A stretch of DNA of 45,569 bases from Clostridia bacterium (GTDB lineage: Bacteria; Bacillota; Clostridia; Monoglobales; Monoglobaceae), in the NCBI GenBank assembly GCA_045647945.1, contig JAZRNA010000028.1:1-45569 (forward strand). Direction: 5' to 3'. Position numbers and translations under genes: made by a program. Within the stretch, counting starts at the first letter, position 1; each line of letters begins with the position of its first letter. This document shows positions 8,556-15,688 of the stretch, one piece after another. Below the pieces are notes generated by a model. That model saw only the letters and a program-made list of their open reading frames with translations. It was not told where the DNA came from and ran no database searches.

Positions 8556-10151
8556 ATGGCAGAAAAGTATCAGGCACTTTACAGAAAGTGGAGACCGTTG
8601 ATATTTGAAGATGTTGTGGGGCAGGACCATGTGTCAGAAACCCTGAAGAACAGTGTGGTTTCAGGCAGAATTGCCCATGCCTATTTGTTTTGCGGAACCC
8701 GTGGAACAGGCAAGACTTCCTCGGCAAAGATATTTTCCCGTGCGGTAAACTGTCTGTCACCTAATGATGGGAACCCTTGCAATGAATGTGATGTATGCTG
8801 TGGAATTCTGGACGGAAGTATCCTTGATGTTTATGAAATGGATGCTGCCAGCAACAGCGGCATTGACAATATACGTGAAATACGTGATGAAGTAATCTAC
8901 AGTCCCACAGGCAGCAAGTATAAGGTTTATATTGTTGACGAGGCACATATGCTGACAACAGAGGCGTTTAATGCTTTGCTGAAAACCCTTGAGGAGCCTC
9001 CGGAACATGTAATTTTTATTCTTGCAACAACCGAGCCACACAAGATTCCTGCAACCATTCTTTCACGTTGTCAGCGATTTGATTTCAGGCGTATATCCAT
9101 AAATGATATCGAAAGACGGCTCAATAAAATCATTAAGGAAGAGAATATTGCAATAACACCTGACGCTTTGGAACTTGTGGCAGAGCTTGCAGATGGCTCT
9201 ATGCGTGATGGACTTAGTATTCTTGACCAATGCGTTGCCTTTTCTAAGGGTGAACTTCGTTATGACGATGTTGTTGATATTGTGGGTGTAGCCGACAGAA
9301 GAGTTTTGTTTTCAATAGTTGACAGTATAAGTGAACTTGATACACAGACTGCACTTAACAGAACTGACGAATTCTTGAAAAAAGGCAAAGAGGCATCGGA
9401 CTTTATTGAAGAATTGATAGCTCATTTCAGGGCATTGATGATTTGCAAGTCTACAGATGCACCAAATGAAATTTTGGAAAAAGCAGAAGAAGTTGTTGAA
9501 AAATTTAAAGTTCAGGCAGGAAAGTTTGATATAGACCGAATTATAGGTGCGGTTTCTGTTTTAGGTGAGTTTTTGTTGCAGTCAAAAAAAATGTCAGCAC
9601 CTACAGTAGCTGTGGAAATGGCTGTTGTTAAACTGTGCAGCCCAGGAGATGGAGGAAGTCACTCAGAACTTGCACTCCGTATTGAGAAACTTGAAAAAGA
9701 ACTTGAAGAAATAAAGAAAAGTGGTGTTGCAGCGACCAAAAAGACTGCCGCAAAATCTGACATAACTGAACGAGTTGTTGCAGAGCAGGTCAAAGATGCT
9801 GTACCCCATATAGAAAATGCTGTTACATGGTTAAAATGGCGTGATGCCCTGAAAACAGTGAAAGAAAAAAGCAAGAGTCTTTATACGTTTTTATTCAATG
9901 CTACGGCACTGTATTTTGGTGATGAGATTGAACTTGTGCTTACGGGTGACTTGGCATATAATAAGATAAATACTGCTGAGGGCAAGGAATACCTTGCAGA
10001 ACTTTTTTCTCAAATTGAGGGCACAACACTCAGGGTTGTGGTTTCAAAGGCAGGAAATCTTAAACAACGAAACGGACAAACTGCAACAGTTATGGATATC
10101 GCAGCAAAAAAAGATTTGCTGGGTGACAGAATGACTGTTGTTGAAGATTAG
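8556..10151 (+). CDS. dnaX: DNA polymerase III subunit gamma/tau
   Basis: MAEKYQALYRKWRP..F.DVVGQ.HV, GTRGTGKTS (Walker A), zinc module CNECDVC, YIVDEAHMLT, SRCQRFDF. Start at ATG 8556 after GAGGTG. Confidence 0.95.
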   Translation: MAEKYQALYRKWRPLIFEDVVGQDHVSETLKNSVVSGRIAHAYLFCGTRGTGKTSSAKIFSRAVNCLSPNDGNPCNECDVCCGILDGSILDVYEMDAASNSGIDNIREIRDEVIYSPTGSKYKVYIVDEAHMLTTEAFNALLKTLEEPPEHVIFILATTEPHKIPATILSRCQRFDFRRISINDIERRLNKIIKEENIAITPDALELVAELADGSMRDGLSILDQCVAFSKGELRYDDVVDIVGVADRRVLFSIVDSISELDTQTALNRTDEFLKKGKEASDFIEELIAHFRALMICKSTDAPNEILEKAEEVVEKFKVQAGKFDIDRIIGAVSVLGEFLLQSKKMSAPTVAVEMAVVKLCSPGDGGSHSELALRIEKLEKELEEIKKSGVAATKKTAAKSDITERVVAEQVKDAVPHIENAVTWLKWRDALKTVKEKSKSLYTFLFNATALYFGDEIELVLTGDLAYNKINTAEGKEYLAELFSQIEGTTLRVVVSKAGNLKQRNGQTATVMDIAAKKDLLGDRMTVVED

Positions 10152-10181
10152 AAAAAATAAGCTAGAAAGGATTGAATATTT

Positions 10182-10535
10182 ATGGCAAAAGGTGGATTTC
10201 CAAGAGGTGGCATGCCCGGTGGCGGTGCCAATATGAATCAGATGCTCAAGCAGGCAAAGAAGATGCAGGAGCAGATGATGAAGATGCAGGAAGAAATGGA
10301 AGACAAGGTTCATGAGGCAACCTCCGGTGGTGGTGCTGTATCTGTCAAGATAAACGGAAAAAGAGAACTTCAGGAAATAAAAATCAGCCAGGAAGTTGTT
10401 GACCCTGATGATGTAGAAATGCTTGAGGACCTCATTATGGCAGCTGTGAATGAGGGTCTTCGCAAAGTTGATGAAAGTTCAGCAAGTGAGATGAGCAAGC
10501 TCACAGGGGGATTGAATATTCCTGGATTATTCTAG
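10182..10535 (+). CDS. ybaB: YbaB/EbfC family nucleoid-associated protein
   Basis: [16 protein letters not shown]...[20 protein letters not shown]...[18 protein letters not shown]. Conserved position after dnaX. Confidence 0.9.
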   Translation: MAKGGFPRGGMPGGGANMNQMLKQAKKMQEQMMKMQEEMEDKVHEATSGGGAVSVKINGKRELQEIKISQEVVDPDDVEMLEDLIMAAVNEGLRKVDESSASEMSKLTGGLNIPGLF

Positions 10536-10543
10536 TATAAATT

Positions 10544-10581
10544 GGGCATCTATCCGCTGGATTTGAGCGGAGGGGATGCCC
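10544..10581 (+). terminator. Hairpin after ybaB, a possible terminator
   Basis: GGGCATC...GATGCCC with a nested CCGC/GCGG pair. The T tract after it is poor. Confidence 0.4.
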
Positions 10582-10622
10582 TGTATTACGTAAAATTGAA
10601 ATTCTGAGAGGGATGTTACATA

Positions 10623-12260
10623 ATGAAAAATTTTCAGCCAATGTTATTCAGTGATTTGAAAAACTACAGCTCAAGCCAATTAGTTAAAGATATTATTGCA
10701 GGTATTATCGTGGCAATAATAGCATTGCCTTTGTCCATAGCTTTGGCTATTGCGTCAGGTGTTGGTCCGGAAGCGGGTATTTACACAGCCATTGTTGCAG
10801 GTTTTATAACGGCGTTATTTGGCGGCAGCAGTGTCCAGATTACAGGACCTACAGCCGCTTTTGCAACCATCGTGGCCGGTATTGTTGCTCGGGAGGGACT
10901 TGAGGGAATGGCTCTGGCAACAATTGTTGCAGGTGTTATTCTTGTGCTGATGGGTGCATTTAAGCTGGGCAATCTTATAAGGTTTATACCTTTTACAATT
11001 ACAACGGGATTTACTGCAGGAATTGCTGTGACATTGGTAATCGGTCAGCTTAAAGATTTCTTTGGTGTTATATATCAAAACGGTGAAGCACCAATAGAAA
11101 CTGCCGAAAAATTAACAGCTTTCTTTGCCAATGCAGGCACGGTTAATATTCAGGCAATAGTTGTGGGATTGGTTTGCCTTGCTATACTAATTGTATGGCC
11201 CAAAATTTTTGACAAGATACCTGCATCACTTATTGCTGTGATTGCCGGCGTTGCCATGGTCAAAGGCTTTGATATGGAAGTTAATACAATAGGTGATTTG
11301 TATACTGTGGGACGTGAATTACCCGCATTCAATATGCCGTCAATCAGTTTATCGGCTGTGGTAAATATTTTCCCCGATGCATTGACTATTGCCTTGCTTG
11401 CAGGCATTGAATCGCTTCTTTCATGTGTGGTGGCTGATGGTATGGTAAACAAAAAACACCGTTCCAATACTGAACTCACAGCTCAGGGTATAGGCAACGT
11501 GTGTTCCGCAATGTTTGGTGGCATCCCTGCGACGGGTGCCATAGCAAGAACAGCGGCAAATATAAAGAATGGCGGAAGAACACCAATATCTGCTATGGTA
11601 CATTCGGTTGTTCTACTACTTGTCCTCGTTTTGCTGATGCCATATGCATCATGGATACCCATGCCTGCTATTGCAGCAATACTTATTCATGTTGCGTATA
11701 ATATGTGCCAGTGGAGGCAGTTTGTATATCTTGTAAAAACTTCACCAAAGAGTGATATTCTGATTCTTGTTGTAACATTTTTGCTTACAGTTGTTTTTGA
11801 CCTTGTGGTTGCCATTGAGGTGGGAGTTGTGATGGCGTGCATCCTCTTTATGAAACGTATGAGTGACGAAACAAAGATTGAAAGCTGGAAATATGTAAAA
11901 GAGAAAGAAACCGAAGAGACAGGGCTCAGACAGGTATCAAAGCATATAAGTGTTTATGAACTTTGCGGACCTATGTTCTTTGCGGTAAGCAGTCAAATTT
12001 TAGACATAAAAACAAAAGAATACACAAAGTGTGTAATCCTTAGAATGCGGTCAGTGATGTCATTGGATGCAGATGCACTCAGGAGCCTTGAACAGTTTGT
12101 TGACAGATGCAGTAAAAAGGGAATATCTGTGGTGTTTTCTCACGTTAATCCCCAACCTATGAAAGCGATGAAAAAATCAGGACTTTTTGAACTTGCGGGA
12201 GAGGAAAACTTCTGTGCTAATATTGACAAAGCCATTGAAAGGGCGGAAAGTTTTAGATAA
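10623..12260 (+). CDS. SulP-family anion transporter with C-terminal STAS domain
   Basis: A multi-TM N-terminus with typical SulP motifs (GIIVAIIALPLSIALAIASG, GGSSVQITGPTAA). The C-terminal STAS is also typical (VYELCGPMFFA...ILRMR.V..LD..AL..L). Confidence 0.9.
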   Translation: MKNFQPMLFSDLKNYSSSQLVKDIIAGIIVAIIALPLSIALAIASGVGPEAGIYTAIVAGFITALFGGSSVQITGPTAAFATIVAGIVAREGLEGMALATIVAGVILVLMGAFKLGNLIRFIPFTITTGFTAGIAVTLVIGQLKDFFGVIYQNGEAPIETAEKLTAFFANAGTVNIQAIVVGLVCLAILIVWPKIFDKIPASLIAVIAGVAMVKGFDMEVNTIGDLYTVGRELPAFNMPSISLSAVVNIFPDALTIALLAGIESLLSCVVADGMVNKKHRSNTELTAQGIGNVCSAMFGGIPATGAIARTAANIKNGGRTPISAMVHSVVLLLVLVLLMPYASWIPMPAIAAILIHVAYNMCQWRQFVYLVKTSPKSDILILVVTFLLTVVFDLVVAIEVGVVMACILFMKRMSDETKIESWKYVKEKETEETGLRQVSKHISVYELCGPMFFAVSSQILDIKTKEYTKCVILRMRSVMSLDADALRSLEQFVDRCSKKGISVVFSHVNPQPMKAMKKSGLFELAGEENFCANIDKAIERAESFR

Positions 12261-12263
12261 ATT

Positions 12264-13145
12264 ATGATACTTGAGAAAATATTTGATTTTTACAAAACCC
12301 GAATCAGAGACATGGGTAGGGGACAATCAAAACCTATAATAGAAGAAAAACCAGATGAAGAATTGATTTTAAAACTTTTGGATATTGCAGATGCTGATAA
12401 TGATGTGCTTATAACAATTGCGGGAATAAGACATTATTCAGGCTCAAGGCCTTTTCGGGAAGGAAAAACTGTAATACTGAAAAAAGACAGAGAAAATAAA
12501 CATGATGCCAAAGCAATAATGACGGTGGATAATAGCCTGAATACTATCGGTTATGTTGCAAACAGCCCCAATACCATAAAGGACGGAACATTGGGAGCAG
12601 GAGTTATCCACGGCGGAATAAGGAATAATTGTGTTGCGCGGGTAATGTGGGTAGCGGATGCTTTTGCTATATGTAAACTTGAGGGCACAAGCTGTTTTGA
12701 TTTGGTGTATGCTCAGGGTGTCAGATTGTGTGATGACGGGGAATATGAAACAGCTTTAAGATTATTTCTGGCACTTGAGGAAAAGATGCAGTATGCTGAG
12801 GTTTTTAAGCGTATTGCGGATTGCTACATAAAGCTGGAAAATCCTGAGAAAGCATTAACTTTTGTGGAAAAGGTGTTGCAAAAGGACTGTAGAGATTTGC
12901 AGGCACTTATGATGCGTGGGGTTATTTTCAAAACTTTGGGAAGACTGGAAGATGCAATAGATGATTTTACTGCTATAAATACTATTAAGACAAACTACAG
13001 AGTTTTGCTTGAACGTTGCAAATGTTATATAATGTTGAAAGATTATGAGTCGGCGTTTTGCGATGTGACAAAGGCCCTGAGGATTAACCCCAAGAGTCAT
13101 ACGGCAGAGGAACTCAAAGAAGAAATTTTGAAACATAAGGAATAG
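12264..13145 (+). CDS. HIRAN-domain plus TPR-repeat protein, function unknown
   Basis: ITIAGIRHYSGSRPF.EGKTVILKKDRENKHDAKAI.V......IGYVAN fits the HIRAN pattern (G.R.Y.G...G....L.R...N..D..AI.V......iGY). The C-terminal half has TPR-like repeats. The ATG is 4 nt after the SulP stop. Confidence 0.65.
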   Translation: MILEKIFDFYKTRIRDMGRGQSKPIIEEKPDEELILKLLDIADADNDVLITIAGIRHYSGSRPFREGKTVILKKDRENKHDAKAIMTVDNSLNTIGYVANSPNTIKDGTLGAGVIHGGIRNNCVARVMWVADAFAICKLEGTSCFDLVYAQGVRLCDDGEYETALRLFLALEEKMQYAEVFKRIADCYIKLENPEKALTFVEKVLQKDCRDLQALMMRGVIFKTLGRLEDAIDDFTAINTIKTNYRVLLERCKCYIMLKDYESAFCDVTKALRINPKSHTAEELKEEILKHKE

Positions 13146-13152
13146 GATGAAT

Positions 13153-13188
13153 GCAAAGGCTTTTTTTAAAGCCTTTGCGTTTTTTTTT
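13153..13188 (+). terminator. Strong rho-independent terminator after the SulP-HIRAN/TPR operon
   Basis: GCAAAGGCTTT-TTTT-AAAGCCTTTGC followed by a T9 run. Confidence 0.85.
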
Positions 13189-13258
13189 GATGGCGGTTTG
13201 TATAAGAAAAAAATGGCAATACTCATGAAAAGAAGATTTTATCAGGAGGCGAAAGATT

Positions 13259-13426
13259 ATGAGAATAACCAGATTTGTGAACGGAAAGAAAATTGACGGC
13301 AAACTGGATAAAAGTATTGTTGTAGAAAATCAACTTATTTCAGGAACAATAAGTGAAATAAACAGACGATTCTTTGAGGCGAATACACATTCCACAAGAA
13401 AGGAAACTCCCAAAATAAATGATTAA
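13259..13426 (+). CDS. Small basic protein (55 aa) overlapping the recombinase start, a candidate recombination directionality factor
   Basis: Not in the ORF track because it is under 60 aa. AGGAGG (13244-13249) lies 9 nt before the ATG. Product: MRITRFVNGKKIDGKLDKSIVVENQLISGTISEINRRFFEANTHSTRKETPKIND. Its last 8 nt overlap the recombinase ATG (13419). Confidence 0.5.
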   Translation: MRITRFVNGKKIDGKLDKSIVVENQLISGTISEINRRFFEANTHSTRKETPKIND

Positions 13427-14786
13427 GCATGCTGCTATATATATACGGGTTTCTACCGATGCACAACGTGAAGAGGGGTATTCAATAGATGCCCAGAAAG
13501 AGATGCTGACAGCATATTGCGTTTCAAAATCAATACGTGATTATGAGTACTATATTGACGGCGGTTACAGTGGAAGCAACATAGAAAGACCTGAACTCAA
13601 ACGAATGATTGAGGATATAAAAAGGGGCAAAATAAGTTGCGTTCTTGTCTACAAACTGGACAGATTATCAAGAAGTCAAAAAGATACACTGTTTTTGATT
13701 GAGGATGTGTTCAACCCCTACGGTGTTGACTTTGTATCTCTTAATGAAAGCATGGATACATCAACACCCTTAGGCAGACTTATGCTTGGTATATTGTCGG
13801 CTTTTGCCCAACTTGAAAGGGAGAATATACGGGAACGAACCAGCATGGGGATGAAAGAACGAATAAAGGAAGGTTTTTGGATGGGAGGAGGTCGGGTTCC
13901 CTTTGGTTATGATTATGATGCAGACAAAGGTATTTTGGTGCCAAACAGCGACGCAGATACAGTGAGGAAGGTATATGAATTATATCTGAATGGGTATTCA
14001 ACCAATACTATTGCCAGAAGATTGGGACTTAGATACGAGAAACTTGCCAGACAGATTTTGATGCGAAAAACAAATGCGGGGATTATTGTATACAAAGGTG
14101 AAGAATATAAAGGCAAACATGAACCTATTATATCCTTGGAAACATATGAAAGGGCAATGCGGGCAATGGCAGAAAGGTCAGGGCAAAAACGTCCTGAAAG
14201 TGCATATTTACTGTCAGGACTTGTGAAATGCGGATATTGTGGGGCAAAAATGAGATATCAAAAATGGGGAAAGAACGGATATAAAATAGTGTGTTATTCC
14301 AAAGATAAAAGCAAGCCCCATCTTGTCAAGGACCCTGATTGTCCAAGTGAGGGTATATGGGCGGATGAGCTGGAGGATATTGTGAAAACGGACCTGTTTT
14401 CTTTGGGGTTAAAGGAAAGCAAGGACAAAAGGCATATGTCCGCAAATGAAAAAATACTTGATGTTCTTGAAAAGAGAAAGAAAAAAGTGGGAGAGAAATT
14501 GAAGAAACTGTATCTTGTTTATGCCGAGAGTGAGGATTTTGCCCTTGATGATGCGATAAAGGAAACCAAAGAGGAACTTGAAAAGCTTGAGGCTCAAATA
14601 CGAGTTGAAAAGGAACAGCAGGTGGTAAGCAAAACAGAAAAAGAGTTGAAAAAAAAGCTGTCAACATTAAAAGAAAGCTGGGATTTCATGACAGCCCACG
14701 AACAGCGCAGCATTGTAAGGAACTGCGTGCATGAAATAAAGGCAAAAGAGAATGATGTTAAAATATATTATAAACTGAACATCTGA
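13419..14786 (+). CDS. Large serine recombinase (SpoIVCA/SprA-like)
   Basis: AAIYIRVSTDAQ (catalytic Ser), VYKLDRLSRS, LERENIRERT, a recombinase domain, a Cys cluster CGYCG...CYS...DPDCP (zinc ribbon) and a C-terminal coiled coil. Confidence 0.95.
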   Translation: MIKHAAIYIRVSTDAQREEGYSIDAQKEMLTAYCVSKSIRDYEYYIDGGYSGSNIERPELKRMIEDIKRGKISCVLVYKLDRLSRSQKDTLFLIEDVFNPYGVDFVSLNESMDTSTPLGRLMLGILSAFAQLERENIRERTSMGMKERIKEGFWMGGGRVPFGYDYDADKGILVPNSDADTVRKVYELYLNGYSTNTIARRLGLRYEKLARQILMRKTNAGIIVYKGEEYKGKHEPIISLETYERAMRAMAERSGQKRPESAYLLSGLVKCGYCGAKMRYQKWGKNGYKIVCYSKDKSKPHLVKDPDCPSEGIWADELEDIVKTDLFSLGLKESKDKRHMSANEKILDVLEKRKKKVGEKLKKLYLVYAESEDFALDDAIKETKEELEKLEAQIRVEKEQQVVSKTEKELKKKLSTLKESWDFMTAHEQRSIVRNCVHEIKAKENDVKIYYKLNI

Positions 14787-14789
14787 TTT

Positions 14790-15095
14790 TCACCAAAGTA
14801 CAATCATTGGCACAGCGTACGTGGAAAACTTGACACCATGTGAGGTATCAAAGTTGTCCAAGGCTTTTATCAGTCCTATGCATCCCACCTGAAATAAATC
14901 ATCAATATTTTCGTTTTTGCCTCCAAACCGTTGCAATACACTGAGGACAAGTCTAAGGTTGCCATAAATAAATTCTTGACGTGCTGATGTATCTCCCTGT
15001 TCAATTTTTTTAAAAAGCTCTTGTTTTTGTTTTTCGTTTAGGAACGGAAGTTTGGATGTGTTTACTCCGCATATTTCAACTTTATTGATTAAAAT
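14790..15095 (-). pseudogene. sigG: 5' fragment of the sporulation sigma factor sigma-G gene (regions 1.2-2.4 only), a split or truncated gene
   Basis: Hand translation: (I)LINKVEICGVNTSKLPFLNEKQKQELFKKIEQGDTSARQEFIYGNLRLVLSVLQRFGGKNENIDDLFQVGCIGLIKALDNFDTSHGVKFSTYAVPMI then VLW-stop. NKVEICGV.TSKLP and the region 2 motifs are sigma-G hallmarks. Regions 3-4 (about 155 aa) are missing. ATT occupies the Met1 position, 9 nt after GAGGGG. Confidence 0.85.
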
Positions 15096-15130
15096 TTCAA
15101 TCAGCCCCTCTCAAAAATTTACTATTACAG

Positions 15131-15157
15131 TATTTCACCGATGCAAAAAACATATAC
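15131..15157 (-). promoter_or_regulatory. Possible forespore (sigma-F/G type) promoter upstream of the sigG fragment
   Basis: On the minus strand: GTATA (15157-15153), 13 nt, then GGTGAAATA (15139-15131). The -10 fits GGHRARHTX as I recall it, but the spacer is 2 nt shorter than the 15 nt I recall. Confidence 0.3.
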
Positions 15158-15246
15158 CGTCTAAAGTATAAAATAAAAAATCTGAAGCATTGATAGAATA
15201 TCAACAAAAGCCCTTGCATATAGTTGCAATTAGAGAGGTGATTTTG

Positions 15247-15486
15247 TTGAATTGCAGCATAAATGAACTCAAAACCAAAGAGGTGATAAACATATCAGAT
15301 GGGGCAAGACTTGGATATGTGTCGGATGTGGAAATCAATTTGGCGGATGGCAGGCTCACAGCGATTATAGTTCCCGGTGCTTATAGATTGATGGGCTTTT
15401 TGGGAAAAGATGATGATATAATAATTAAGTGGGAAAACATAAAAAAAATCGGTGATGACATAATAATTATTGAAAATGTAAAATGA
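15247..15486 (+). CDS. YlmC/YmxH-family (PRC-barrel) sporulation protein
   Basis: INELKTKEVINISDGARLGYVSDVEINLADGRLTAIIVPG matches the family pattern. The likely TTG start at 15247 (or 15244) follows GAGGTG. The track's start at 15190 is probably too long. Confidence 0.8.
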   Translation: MNCSINELKTKEVINISDGARLGYVSDVEINLADGRLTAIIVPGAYRLMGFLGKDDDIIIKWENIKKIGDDIIIIENVK

Positions 15487-15508
15487 TGCTCCGGAGGCAT
15501 CATTTTTT
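15482..15508 (+). terminator. Rho-independent terminator after ylmC-like gene
   Basis: AATGATGC-TCCGGAG-GCATCATT followed by a T run. Confidence 0.75.
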
Positions 15509-15688
15509 ATGTTAAAAAATGACACCAAAAGTAAAACAAAAGGTAGAATTGGGTAAAAATAAAGGGAAATATATTGACAAAATCGTAAAATCGTGGTAAA
15601 TTATTTCTATATGATTTGTGTGCAGTATAAACCTTTTTGACAGGGTCTTACATGTGCTAAACAATTGTTTAATTGCTGGAGACTTGTG

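Larger units (their letters stand above)
13189..14803. mobile_element. Serine-recombinase module at the edge of a putative sigG-interrupting element or rearrangement. The right boundary is near 14787-14803 and the left boundary is undetermined.
   Basis: A self-contained unit (small ORF plus recombinase) begins after a terminator. It ends exactly where sigG homology breaks. No second att site or sigG 3' half was found in the window. Confidence 0.4.

Noticed and set aside
13211-13236. Weak inverted similarity between the reverse complement of this stretch (CTTTTCATGAGTATTGCCATT) and the sigG/recombinase junction at 14785-14812 (ATTTTCACCAAAGTACAATCATT). I considered it as the second att site of a 1.6-kb mini-element.
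   Set aside because: Only about 14 of 24 positions match, and a gap is required. The flank to its left is a terminator and the HIRAN/TPR gene, not the sigG 3' half, so it cannot be the reciprocal junction of a simple insertion.
13213-13296. A 27-codon ORF (MAILMKRRFYQEAKDYENNQICERKEN) upstream of and overlapping the 55-codon ORF.
   Set aside because: It has no Shine-Dalgarno and is out of frame with the better-supported 13259 ORF, whose RBS it would contain.
15190-15246. A longer ylmC-like ORF starting at TTG 15190.
   Set aside because: Family members start just before the S/NELxxKEV motif. A GAGGTG RBS sits immediately upstream of the TTG at 15244 or 15247.
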